Assembly: GCA_019752015.1 (NCBI GenBank)
Contig: JAIEMQ010000006.1
Location: 8,842-72,841, forward strand
DNA: 64,000 nt
Reading direction: 5' to 3'
DNA from: Cyanobacteriota bacterium
GTDB taxonomy: Bacteria; Acidobacteriota; Vicinamibacteria; Vicinamibacterales; UBA2999
Numbering within the stretch: the stretch's first letter is position 1; the number at the start of each line of letters is the position of its first letter. A program made the position numbers and the translations under genes. This document shows, piece by piece, positions 44,663 through 53,634 of the stretch. The notes under the pieces were generated by a model. That model had not been told where the DNA came from, ran no database searches, and saw only the letters and a list, made by a program, of their open reading frames with translations.

Positions 44663-44669
44663 GGGGCCG

Positions 44670-45551
44670 ATGTTGAGGGGCGTCGTCGCGGCGATGCTGG
44701 CCGTCGCGGTCGTGTCCGCGCAGGAGCCCACGTTCGACGTGGTAATGGCGCGCGCCGCCGCGTACGTGGCGCAATACCAGACCCAGCTCCGCGGGATGGT
44801 GCTCGAAGAGCACTACCGGCAGAACATGATGTCGACGGCGACCGGCCGCCCGGTCGGGCCCGGCGCCCGCGCGCGCCAGACGCGCGAGGGCCGCGAGTTG
44901 AAGGCGGATCTCTTACTCGTCAAGCTTGCGGACGAGAATGTCTGGATGCAGTTCCGCGATGTCTTCGAGGTCGATCGGAAACCGGTGCGCGACCGCGATC
45001 AGCGCCTGTCGAAGCTGTTCATCGACGCGAAGGCTGACGCGCGCGCGCAGGCGGAAAGCATTCAGCAGGAAAGCTCGCGCTACAATCTCGGCCCGCTGAT
45101 GCGCACGTTCAACGTGCCGATCATGGCGCTGTTGTTTCTGGAGAGAAACGTGCAGCCGGTCGTGACGTTTCGCCAGGGCAAGCCCGGCAACGTCAAGCGC
45201 TTCGACGGCCTCGCCGCGGCCGACGCGATCTGGATGATCGAATACAAGGAAGAGCGGAAAGGCACGATGATCAAGGGCCTCCACAACAAGGACATCCCGT
45301 CGCATGGCCGCGTCTGGCTCGACAGCCACACCGGCCGCGTGCTGCAGACCGAGTTGATCAGCGAAGACACCGACGTTCGCGCCGAGATCAATGTGACGTA
45401 TCGAACGGAGCACGGCCTGGAGCTGCTGGTGCCCGGCGAAATGCGCGAGATCTACTTGATTCGCCGCAGCGACACGCGCATCGACGGACGCGCCACCTAC
45501 GGCAAGTTCCGCCAGTTCACGGTGTCGACGACGGAAAAGCCGAAGCGGTAA
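44670..45551 (+). CDS. secreted hypothetical protein
   Basis: Met16 of ORF 44625..45551, signal MLRGVVAAMLAVAVVSAQEP. 293 aa, no motif I recognise. Confidence 0.7.
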   Translation: MLRGVVAAMLAVAVVSAQEPTFDVVMARAAAYVAQYQTQLRGMVLEEHYRQNMMSTATGRPVGPGARARQTREGRELKADLLLVKLADENVWMQFRDVFEVDRKPVRDRDQRLSKLFIDAKADARAQAESIQQESSRYNLGPLMRTFNVPIMALLFLERNVQPVVTFRQGKPGNVKRFDGLAAADAIWMIEYKEERKGTMIKGLHNKDIPSHGRVWLDSHTGRVLQTELISEDTDVRAEINVTYRTEHGLELLVPGEMREIYLIRRSDTRIDGRATYGKFRQFTVSTTEKPKR

Positions 45552-45562
45552 AAGACAGCTTC

Positions 45563-46045
45563 ATGATCATTCGTCCAGCAATGACGACAGACTCGACTGA
45601 CATCCTGAGAATCTTTCGAGCGGTCGTGGCGCCTGGCGATACCTACTCCTTCGAGGCGGACACGCGTGATGACGCGGCTGTTGCTTACTTCCTCGGAGAG
45701 GGAATCACCTCGTTCGTCGCTGACGACAACGGCAGAGTGATTGGAATGTACAAGCTGATTGCCAACAGGATTGGCCGCGGTTCACACGTCGCGAACGCGT
45801 CGTTCATGGTCGATCCCTCAGAGCATGGGAAAGGCGTCGGCCGCGCGCTCGGCGAACACTGCCTCGATGAGGCGCGGCGGCAAGGCTACGAGGCGATGCA
45901 GTTCAACTTTGTTGTCAGCACCAACACCGCAGGCGTTGCGCTCTGGAAAAAGCTTGGCTTCAACATCGTCGGCACCCTGCCGAAGGCCTTCGATCATGCC
46001 AGGCTCGGAAAGGTCGACGCGTACGTGATGCATCGGTTTTTGTAG
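45563..46045 (+). CDS. GNAT family N-acetyltransferase
   Basis: 160 aa with acetyl-CoA motif GKGVGRALGEHCLDEARRQGY, plus ALWKKLGF. Confidence 0.9.
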   Translation: MIIRPAMTTDSTDILRIFRAVVAPGDTYSFEADTRDDAAVAYFLGEGITSFVADDNGRVIGMYKLIANRIGRGSHVANASFMVDPSEHGKGVGRALGEHCLDEARRQGYEAMQFNFVVSTNTAGVALWKKLGFNIVGTLPKAFDHARLGKVDAYVMHRFL

Positions 46046-46055
46046 ACCGGCCTGC

Positions 46056-48776
46056 CTAAAACCTCGCGACATACTTCACGGTGATGCCTCGGCCGGGCGC
46101 GTCGATGCCCCACGAAATGCCGCGATAGTTCTTGTCGTTCAGATTCTCCGCGTCGATCAGCAGCTCGTGCTTGCCGAACTTCAATCCCGCGCGGACGCCG
46201 AACGTCACGTAACCGGGCACCGCTGAAAACAGCACGCCGGAATTGACGCCGGCGCCGAGGACGCGGTCCTGCACCTGCGCCAGCGTCTCACCGGTCGCGA
46301 TCAGGATGTCGTCGGCATTGCCGAACGTGCCGTCGGCACCCGGCGACACCCATCCGCGATTCGTCGCGCCGTTACGGAAGAACGCCTGGATGTTGTTGCG
46401 GCTGCGCGGCGCCGCGATGCGGCGATCGCCGAGGTCGAGTGTCGACAGGTTCGACTGCTCGGCGGCCGCATGCAGGTACGGCTGCACCCACCACTTACCG
46501 CCGCCCGGCGCGTACTGCAGGATCACATAGCCGTCCGGCGCGGGCACGCCGCCCTCGATGTTCGGCGCGAGGTTCGTCCTGGTGTCCTTGACGTTGTAAT
46601 ACGTGAACACGGTGCGGAGGCTCAACCCGCCCGCGATCTGGTAGCGGCCCTGGTGCTCCAAGCCCCAGCTGCGCGCGTTGTCGAAGTTCGCGCGGACCAG
46701 CACCGGCGTCGCCGCCGCGGCGACGAACACCGCGCCGTTCGCATTCTGCGAAATGATCGGATCGGTGCCGAGCAGGCTGCCGACCGCGCCCTGCGGCAGG
46801 ATCAGCGTCTGCTTCTGGATGTTGTCGTAGATGCGATTCACGAACACCGTCAACTCGGCGCTGGCGCGGCTCGATCGGAAGCGGACGCTGCCATCGACAT
46901 TGAAGCTCGATTCGGGCCGCAGTTGCCTGACCGGATCACCGGTGGCGACCGCGGTCGCGTCCGCCGTGGTGCCGATGAAGGCACCTCTGCCCTCGACATC
47001 GGGAGCCGCGATTTCATATCCCGAACCGGTGAGCCCCAGCGTGCCGAGATCGGTCATGTGCGGAGCGCGGAAGCCGCGGCTCGCGCTGACCACGAACGTC
47101 CAGCCCCCTTCGCCAGCGCTACGGGGGCCAGGCGGAGTGAATATGGCGCCGGCGCGGAACGTCACGCTGTTGGTCGAGAAGGAATCGTCCGGCCACAGCG
47201 GCCGCCCGCCCGATACCGGTGCGTCCGAGGCGTTGGCGGCATACGTCGCGTAACCGGCGCGCACCGCGCCGGCCAGGCGCAGGCGATCCGGGACCGCATC
47301 GAAACCCATCTGCGCGAAGACGCCGCCTTGCGCAAACGTGGCGTTGCTCGGCACGCGCGGACGCCGCACGGATCGCGTGCCCGATACCGGATTGATGTTG
47401 AATGCGTCCGACACGAGCTTTTCAAACTGCATGTCGCCGCCGGCCTGGAAGCTCGATCGCGACATCGACTTGCTCAGCGCCGCCTGCACGCCATGTGATG
47501 TCGTGCGCTCGGGCTCATAGGCGATCGCGGCGGTGTTGCTGCCCTGGCCGCCCTGGTTGACGCGCTCTTCGCGCTGGCTGTTCACCGAATAGGTGAAGGC
47601 GCCGTGATCGAACCAGCCAATGCCGCTGCGCTCGAGACGCGCGTAGAACAGATCGAGCGTCAGGTCGTTCAGCTCCGAGATCAGGTTGCCGTCGCCGCCC
47701 AGCTCCTGGTCGTAGCGATGCGCCTTGTCCTGGCGGGTCGCGGTGTAGGTGCTGACAACTTGCGTGCGGCTGCTCGGCGTCCAGTTCGCCTTCACCATGC
47801 CGTTGAACTGGTTGAACCCGGTATTCGGGAGGCGCTCGCCCATCACCGCATTCGAAGGAATGCCGAGGAAGCGCGTCGCCGCGGCATGAGAATCAATGCC
47901 GCCGCCGGGCCGCAGCTCGCCGGCCTTGCGCCCGCCGCCGCCGGCGAACAGGCCGAACTTCGACGTGCCCCATGACAACGCCGCGTTGCCGCCGCCGCCT
48001 TCATACGTCGTGGTGCCGTTCAGAGAAATCTCGCCGCCGGCCGTCGATCCGCTCGCGGCCAGCATCGGCGTCCTGGTCAGGAACTGTACCGTGCCGCCGA
48101 GCGCGTCGCTGCCGTACTCCGCGCTGTTCGGACCGTGCACGACTTCGACGCCGCCGATCGCGCTTGGATCGATCAGATTGAGGAAGGTGTTGACGCCGCC
48201 GCGCTGCGCGCCGTTCGAGTAGCGCACGCCGTCAACGTAGACGTTCACCTTGTTGCCGGTGAGGCCGCGCACGAAAATGCCGGCCATGCTTGGGCTCGTG
48301 CGCTGCAGGTGCACGCCCGGCTCTTCGGCCACGGCTTCCGCAACGACCGTGTGCACGCGTTGATCGAGTTGTTCCTGGGAGATGACCGAGACCCCTTGAA
48401 CCGCTGTCGCGGAATCCTGCGCGATGCCAGGCGAGGAGGTGACGGTGACTCTTTCCCGGACGCCGTCGACGTCCAGAACGATTGAGACCGGCGGCGCGTT
48501 GGCGCGCACCGTCGCTGCGATTCTCTGCAGTCCAAAACCCGCGGCTTCGATTTGAACGACGTAATCGCCCGGCGGGAGATCGGCAATGGTGAAGCTGCCT
48601 GTGGGGTCGGAGACGGTGGTGGCGACCACGGCCTGGCGCGCGGTGAGCACGGTGACGGAGGCGCCGGCGACCACTCCGCCGGATTCATCCTTCACTGTGC
48701 CCCTGAACGTTTCGGCGTCTGCCGCAACCGGTGCCAGCATGAACAGACCCAATGCGAGGGTCCTGATGAATTGCAT
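46056..48776 (-). CDS. TonB-dependent receptor with N-terminal CarboxypepD_reg domain
   Basis: Met18 of ORF 46056..48827, signal MQFIRTLALGLFMLAPVAADA. Then FRGTVKDESGGVVAGASVTV and plug-like VEVVHGPNSAEYGSDALGG. C-terminal KYVARF. Confidence 0.9.
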   Translation of the reverse strand: MQFIRTLALGLFMLAPVAADAETFRGTVKDESGGVVAGASVTVLTARQAVVATTVSDPTGSFTIADLPPGDYVVQIEAAGFGLQRIAATVRANAPPVSIVLDVDGVRERVTVTSSPGIAQDSATAVQGVSVISQEQLDQRVHTVVAEAVAEEPGVHLQRTSPSMAGIFVRGLTGNKVNVYVDGVRYSNGAQRGGVNTFLNLIDPSAIGGVEVVHGPNSAEYGSDALGGTVQFLTRTPMLAASGSTAGGEISLNGTTTYEGGGGNAALSWGTSKFGLFAGGGGRKAGELRPGGGIDSHAAATRFLGIPSNAVMGERLPNTGFNQFNGMVKANWTPSSRTQVVSTYTATRQDKAHRYDQELGGDGNLISELNDLTLDLFYARLERSGIGWFDHGAFTYSVNSQREERVNQGGQGSNTAAIAYEPERTTSHGVQAALSKSMSRSSFQAGGDMQFEKLVSDAFNINPVSGTRSVRRPRVPSNATFAQGGVFAQMGFDAVPDRLRLAGAVRAGYATYAANASDAPVSGGRPLWPDDSFSTNSVTFRAGAIFTPPGPRSAGEGGWTFVVSASRGFRAPHMTDLGTLGLTGSGYEIAAPDVEGRGAFIGTTADATAVATGDPVRQLRPESSFNVDGSVRFRSSRASAELTVFVNRIYDNIQKQTLILPQGAVGSLLGTDPIISQNANGAVFVAAAATPVLVRANFDNARSWGLEHQGRYQIAGGLSLRTVFTYYNVKDTRTNLAPNIEGGVPAPDGYVILQYAPGGGKWWVQPYLHAAAEQSNLSTLDLGDRRIAAPRSRNNIQAFFRNGATNRGWVSPGADGTFGNADDILIATGETLAQVQDRVLGAGVNSGVLFSAVPGYVTFGVRAGLKFGKHELLIDAENLNDKNYRGISWGIDAPGRGITVKYVARF

Positions 48777-48826
48777 GTCCTGGAACGGTAGTGGAGGTGC
48801 TGAAACTACTACCAGCGGTCGTAGCA

Positions 48827-49804
48827 CTAGCGGCCGAAGGCGACGAGACGCTCGACCGTGATGAAGATGGTCTCGAGCGTTGCGGGCGATGAAATTGCCA
48901 TCACCATCGCGATCACGATCGCGGTGACTGCGATCATCGGGATGAGGGCCAGCGGCGCCGGCGGCTCGAGCTCAGGTTGAAGCAGCCGGCGCACGCGGCG
49001 CCCGAGGCCGTTGTGCTCGACGAAGGGACTGACGATCGCCGTCTGCCAGGACGGTGCCGGCGCGAGCCTGACGATCTTCAGCAACAGCGCCGCCAGCTCG
49101 GCGCGCGCCACCGCATGTCCGCCGGTCCCCGCATCGTCCGCGGCATCTTCAGACGCGTGATGCCACGCCTCGACGATCTCGCGGTGGATCGGCGTCCAGT
49201 GCAGCACGCCGGGAAGCGACGCCATGATCCAGCGCTTCAGGTTGTCGCGCGCGTCGAAGTGCCCGCGCTCGTGCGCCACGATGCAGGCGATCTCATCGCG
49301 CGAACACGCGGCGACGACGGATTTCGCGGCCAGCAGTCTGGGCGTGAAAATGCCGACCAGCGCGACCATCGGCACCGGGGACTCGATCGCAAACGCGGCG
49401 AGGCCCGAGGTGCAGCTGGCATCGATCGGAGTCGACGATCGTAACCACTCCTGCTCAATCCGCGCGGTCAGACGGGCACTGCGGATCGCGAAGACGATTG
49501 CCCGGCCGATGTGAATCACCGCGATCGTGGCGAGGACCTCGAGCACCGGTCCGATCTCTTCGTCGGGATTCGGCGGCTCGAACATCGCGAACGCCGGCGT
49601 GATGACGATCAGCGTGACTGCGGTTGCGGCAACGAATGGCACCAGCCGCAGTTGCAACAGCCGCCGCGCCCGCACGGCCGGCGGCAGATTGGCCGGCGCC
49701 ACCGCGCGGGTTCGCCAGATGATCGCGGTGACGATCGAGATCGCGACATCGAGCAGGCTGAACGCCGACAGCGTCACCAGCACGATCAGCGCGATGCGGT
49801 TCAC
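48827..49804 (-). CDS. M56 (BlaR1-type) membrane metalloprotease without recognisable sensor domain
   Basis: 325 aa, GTG start in a GTGA overlap with the upstream repressor gene. Multiple TM segments and zinc motif VAHERGHF. Confidence 0.85.
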   Translation of the reverse strand: MNRIALIVLVTLSAFSLLDVAISIVTAIIWRTRAVAPANLPPAVRARRLLQLRLVPFVAATAVTLIVITPAFAMFEPPNPDEEIGPVLEVLATIAVIHIGRAIVFAIRSARLTARIEQEWLRSSTPIDASCTSGLAAFAIESPVPMVALVGIFTPRLLAAKSVVAACSRDEIACIVAHERGHFDARDNLKRWIMASLPGVLHWTPIHREIVEAWHHASEDAADDAGTGGHAVARAELAALLLKIVRLAPAPSWQTAIVSPFVEHNGLGRRVRRLLQPELEPPAPLALIPMIAVTAIVIAMVMAISSPATLETIFITVERLVAFGR

Positions 49805-50226
49805 TTGACCGGCCGGCCTTTCATCTCGTCGCGACGCGCCTTGACGAGCGCTTCCAGATCGTCCAGCAGCGCCTGATCGCGCTCGACGACGGTGTCGACG
49901 AACATCGAGAGGATGGGGCGGACCGACGCCGCGTCAGCCGGCAGCAGCGTCGCGAAGGTCGATCCGGCCAGCTCCGAGATCAGCTCCTGTTGCGAAGCGC
50001 GCGGCTGGTAATAAAACGCGCGCCCGCTCTTGTCGCGCGACAAGGTGCCTTTCCTGAACAGCCGATCGAGCGTGGTCATCAGGGTGGTGTACGCGACACC
50101 GGGGAAACGCGGTTGCAGATCGCGCACGCACGACGGCACGCCGCGGGCCCATAACGCGTCGAGGACGCGGATCTCGAGGGGCCCAAAGGCGGATTCAAGC
50201 TGCCGCGCGGTGGTCTTCTGACTCAT
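49801..50226 (-). CDS. BlaI/MecI/CopY family transcriptional repressor
   Basis: 141 aa. Winged-helix N-terminus LEIRVLDALWARG..AYTTLMTTLDRLFRKGTLSRDKSGRAFYY. Confidence 0.9.
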   Translation of the reverse strand: MSQKTTARQLESAFGPLEIRVLDALWARGVPSCVRDLQPRFPGVAYTTLMTTLDRLFRKGTLSRDKSGRAFYYQPRASQQELISELAGSTFATLLPADAASVRPILSMFVDTVVERDQALLDDLEALVKARRDEMKGRPVK

Positions 50227-50237
50227 GGACGGGTGCG

Positions 50238-50245
50238 ATTATACT
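50238..50245. promoter_or_regulatory. overlapping divergent -10 boxes (ATTATACT)
   Basis: Minus: TATAAT (50243..50238)-N11-ATG(50226). Plus: TATACT (50240..50245), about 55 nt upstream of the HAD gene, which has its own AAGGAG SD. Confidence 0.45.
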
Positions 50246-50301
50246 GGCCACCGCGGCCCGACGAGCACCCTCCGCTCACGAGTCGTCACTCGAAGGAGTC
50301 G

Positions 50302-51030
50302 ATGACCGCACCCCCGATCGATACCGTCTTTCTCGATGCCGGCGGCGTATTGTGCCACCCGTCCTGGACGCGCGTTGCGGACGCGCTGGTCCGGCACGGC
50401 GCCCAGGTGACGGCGGCAGCCCTGGCGTCGGCGGAGCAGAAAGCGACCCGCGACATCGACGACGCGCGCACCATTGGCACGACCGACGATCGCAAGCGCG
50501 GCTGGCTGTATTTCAATCTCGTGCTGCAGCACGCCGGCGTCGGCCAGAACGACGGCACCGACGCCGCCCTTGCCGAGCTCCGCGACTATCACCGCATCGA
50601 CAACTTGTGGGAGCACGTCGAGGCCGATGTCGCTCCGACGCTGGCGGCGCTGAAAGAGCGCGGGTTGAAGCTGGTGGTCGTGTCGAATGCGAATGGCCGG
50701 TTGAAGCACCTGTTCGATCGCGTCGACCTCACCAAGTGGTTCGATCACCTGCTCGATTCGCACGAGTGGGGTGTCGAGAAACCCGATCCGCGCCTGTTCC
50801 AGCTCGCACTCGAGCAGTCACGCGCTGACGCCTTGAAAACAGTGCATGTCGGCGACCTGTATCACGTGGACGTGGTCGGCGCGCGCAAGGCGGGACTGCG
50901 CGAAGGGATCCTGTTCGATATGGCGGGGCTTTACGAGGGCGTCGATTGCCCGCGGGTGACGTCGCTCGCATCGCTGGTCGAATGGATCGACAAGCCGAGC
51001 GGGAACCAGATGCGGAAACGCGTGCCCTGA
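50302..51030 (+). CDS. HAD-superfamily hydrolase (motif I variant DAGGV)
   Basis: Met24 of ORF 50233..51030: MTAPPIDTVFLDAGGVL..VVSNANG..HVGDLYHVDVVGA. AAGGAG SD. The last ~100 nt overlap the convergent kinase gene. Confidence 0.8.
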   Translation: MTAPPIDTVFLDAGGVLCHPSWTRVADALVRHGAQVTAAALASAEQKATRDIDDARTIGTTDDRKRGWLYFNLVLQHAGVGQNDGTDAALAELRDYHRIDNLWEHVEADVAPTLAALKERGLKLVVVSNANGRLKHLFDRVDLTKWFDHLLDSHEWGVEKPDPRLFQLALEQSRADALKTVHVGDLYHVDVVGARKAGLREGILFDMAGLYEGVDCPRVTSLASLVEWIDKPSGNQMRKRVP

Positions 51031-52772
51031 CCCTTGGCCGACGTGACGCGCAGCGCCGCGCGGTGGCTGCGCACGATGCCCCGCACCGCCGCCATGCCCA
51101 GACCGCGTCCGGCATCCTTTGTGGAGAAAAACGGATCGAACATCCGGGCCAGCGTGTGCTCGTCCATGCCGCTGCCGTTGTCCACGACGTCGATGAAGAT
51201 ATAGCGGCCGGCCGGGACGTCCACGCCAAACGTCATCTGCTTGAGCATCGCTCGATCGAGCAATTCTTCTCCCGTCTCCACCGTGATCACGCCGTTGTCG
51301 TCGACCGCTTCTGCGGCATTGACGATCAGGTTGAGCACGACCTGGCGGATCTGCGTCGGATCGGTTTCCACGAGCGGCAGCGCACCGGGGCTGTTGTAGA
51401 TCAACGTGCAATGACGCGCGACCGACGCGGCCAGCAGGTCGACCATTTCCTTGACGAGGTCGTCGAGGTTGACGTGCTGGGCGACGACGCGGCCGCCGCC
51501 GGAATACGCCAGCATTTTCGACACCAGGTCGGCGGCCCGCTGCGCGCCGATCACGATGGCTTCGGCGGCGCGCCGCTGATCGGATTCAGGCGGCGACAGG
51601 ATCGCGAGCAGGTCGGCGTTGCCGAGAATGCCGGTCAGCAGGTTGTTGAAATCGTGGGCGACGCCGCCGGCGAGCACCATCAGGCTCTCGCTCTTCTGCT
51701 GCTCCTGCAGCCGCCGCTCGAACGCCCACCGCTCCGCTTCGGTGCGCCGGCGATTGGAGATGTCGTGGACGATCACGAGCCAACCCACGAAGCGGCGCTC
51801 GGAATCGCGCACCGCCGAGACCTTGACCTCGAAGTATCGCGGACCCGGTTCGACCTTGACGATGGCCGGCTGCCCGTCGGTCAACGGACGATCTTCATCA
51901 ACCGCCTCGGTCCACCACGACACGACTTCGTCGATCGGCCGTCCGAGGCTTGCCGCCGTGCAGCCGGTGTCACGTTCCGCTGCCGCGTTGAGATCGACGA
52001 GGCGGCGCTGCGCGTCGAGCACGATCACGCCGTCCTCCATGCTGTCGACGACCATGTCGCGCGCGACGGGCACGAGGCGGAACAGTCGATAGCGATAGAT
52101 GCCCCACGTGAAGCATGCGCCCGACACCGTGAATGCGATGGGCGTGAGATCGAGACCGGTGACCGGCAGCGCGCGGCTGAGATAGAGCAGGTTGCCGGCC
52201 CACGGTACGATCGCGCCCGCGATGATCAACGCCGTCTGCCGGCGGTAGGGCGGCGGGAAGCGTCGCAACCCGCGCGCCAGCGTGGCGGTGCCGACCAGGA
52301 CGAGGAAATAACTGTAGGACGCGTGCACCCAATACCAGGTACCGCCGTGATACACGAGCCGCCGGCCGAGCGGCGTCATCACTTCGTCGATCGACGACCA
52401 CACCAGGTGATGCTGCTCGTTGGTGAGCGTCAGCAACAGCGTCGCGACCGGAACGATCCACACGGCGAGGCGAGTGAGGCGCGGCGCCGGCCACGCGATG
52501 CGGCTGTACTCGGTCGTGAACAGCAGCCACAGCACGCCGATCGGCGCCACGCCGAGGTACTGCAGCTTCGAGATGACGACACGCGCGTCGTAGTCGTCGA
52601 TCAGCGTGTGCAGCGCGCTGGCAAAGCTCCACCACGCGATCGCGAGCATCATCCAGCCAAACGCGACGCCGCCGGGCACGCCGCGGCGCGTGCGGGCGAT
52701 CGCCGCCGCCCAGATCGACAGCCCGGTCGACGCGAACAGCGCGACGGCCTGCACGGTAGTTGGCCAGAACAC
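50931..52772 (-). CDS. sensor histidine kinase with N-terminal 7TM domain, PAS, HisKA, HATPase
   Basis: 613 aa, GTG start. Six to seven TM segments, H-box GGVAHDFNNLL, and DNGSGM/GRGLGMA boxes. Confidence 0.9.
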   Translation of the reverse strand: MFWPTTVQAVALFASTGLSIWAAAIARTRRGVPGGVAFGWMMLAIAWWSFASALHTLIDDYDARVVISKLQYLGVAPIGVLWLLFTTEYSRIAWPAPRLTRLAVWIVPVATLLLTLTNEQHHLVWSSIDEVMTPLGRRLVYHGGTWYWVHASYSYFLVLVGTATLARGLRRFPPPYRRQTALIIAGAIVPWAGNLLYLSRALPVTGLDLTPIAFTVSGACFTWGIYRYRLFRLVPVARDMVVDSMEDGVIVLDAQRRLVDLNAAAERDTGCTAASLGRPIDEVVSWWTEAVDEDRPLTDGQPAIVKVEPGPRYFEVKVSAVRDSERRFVGWLVIVHDISNRRRTEAERWAFERRLQEQQKSESLMVLAGGVAHDFNNLLTGILGNADLLAILSPPESDQRRAAEAIVIGAQRAADLVSKMLAYSGGGRVVAQHVNLDDLVKEMVDLLAASVARHCTLIYNSPGALPLVETDPTQIRQVVLNLIVNAAEAVDDNGVITVETGEELLDRAMLKQMTFGVDVPAGRYIFIDVVDNGSGMDEHTLARMFDPFFSTKDAGRGLGMAAVRGIVRSHRAALRVTSAKGQGTRFRIWFPLGLSIHSTSDASDVTRGQSTPS

Positions 52773-52908
52773 GGAAACTGCATTATCAACCGAAGTGACA
52801 GGAAGCGCTGTCCGTGACCATGGAGTCCGCTCGTCACAACAGCTTGATGAGGTGCTGCGGTTGGGATAGGTGACTCGGGATTTCTGGTAGGATCGAGATG
52901 CTGTAGGG

Positions 52909-52932
52909 GAAGGCCGCCCAGAGGCGGCCTTC
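52909..52932 (+). promoter_or_regulatory. GC-rich hairpin in the 5' region of the RRM gene
   Basis: GAAGGCCGCC-caga-GGCGGCCTTC, 10-bp perfect stem, followed by GGTGTTTC. It lies 77 nt upstream of the ATG. Confidence 0.4.
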
Positions 52933-53008
52933 GGTGTTTCAGGGCCTTAGGGTCAGTGCAGTCCTCGAGGTAGTCCGGGCAGCCTTCAGCGGAACGAGGA
53001 GAAAGACG

Positions 53009-53377
53009 ATGGGTCGGAAGTTATACGTGGGGAATCTTCCCTACAGCGCGGCGGAGCAGGATCTTCAGGAGCTGTTCGAGAAGGTCGGTCCGGTCGAATC
53101 GGTGACGGTGATGCGCGACATGGCGACGGGCCGCGCGCGCGGCTTCGGATTCGTCGAGATGGCGACGGATGAAGGCGCGCAGAAGGCGATTACCGAGCTG
53201 CATGAATCACAGCTGGGCGGCCGCACGCTGACGGTCAACGAGGCGCGTCCGAAAGAAGCGCGCGGACCCGGTGGTGGCGGCGGCTTCGGCGGCGGCGGTG
53301 GTCGTGGTGGCGGCGGCTTCGGCGGCAACCGTGGCGGCGGTGGTGGCGGTGGCGGACGCCGGGAACCCCGCTGGTAG
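53009..53377 (+). CDS. RRM-type RNA-binding protein with Gly/Arg-rich tail
   Basis: Met26 of ORF 52934..53377, AGGAGA SD. RNP2 KLYVGNL, RNP1 RGFGFVEM, and a GGGGFGGGGGRGGGG tail. Confidence 0.9.
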   Translation: MGRKLYVGNLPYSAAEQDLQELFEKVGPVESVTVMRDMATGRARGFGFVEMATDEGAQKAITELHESQLGGRTLTVNEARPKEARGPGGGGGFGGGGGRGGGGFGGNRGGGGGGGGRREPRW

Positions 53378-53391
53378 CGGCAGCACGCTGA

Positions 53392-53634
53392 ATGGCCACA
53401 CGAGGACCACTCGGACGAGGAAAACGGGAACGCGAACGGGCTCGCGCTGAAAAGCAGAAGGCCAAGATCGTTCGGCGCGAGGAAGCGAAGCAGCGCCGCA
53501 ACGAAGGCGGGCCGGACGCGCCGCCTGGCGTCGATCCCGACATCGCGGGCATCGTCCCGGGGCCACAACCCAATCCGTGGCTGGATGATCTCGGGGACGC
53601 CGCCGCGGAGACAGACGAAGACGAGGAAAAGTAA
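53392..53634 (+). CDS. small highly charged hypothetical protein (80 aa)
   Basis: ORF 14 nt after the RRM gene. Basic N-terminus (RGKRERERARAEKQKAK), PGVDPDIAGIVPGPQP, acidic tail. No SD or -10 box, so weakly supported. Confidence 0.4.
   Translation: MATRGPLGRGKRERERARAEKQKAKIVRREEAKQRRNEGGPDAPPGVDPDIAGIVPGPQPNPWLDDLGDAAAETDEDEEK

Noticed and set aside
50931-51030. 100-nt convergent overlap of the HAD hydrolase and 7TM kinase 3' ends
   Set aside because: Both conserved domains end before the overlap. The tails are unconserved-looking and may simply reflect late stop codons in GC-rich sequence. I do not treat it as a feature.
53065-53573. Pro-rich minus-strand ORFs (167, 119 and 112 aa)
   Set aside because: They are the antisense translation of the Gly/Arg-rich tail (GGN repeats) of the RRM gene and of the following small ORF, so they are low-complexity artefacts.
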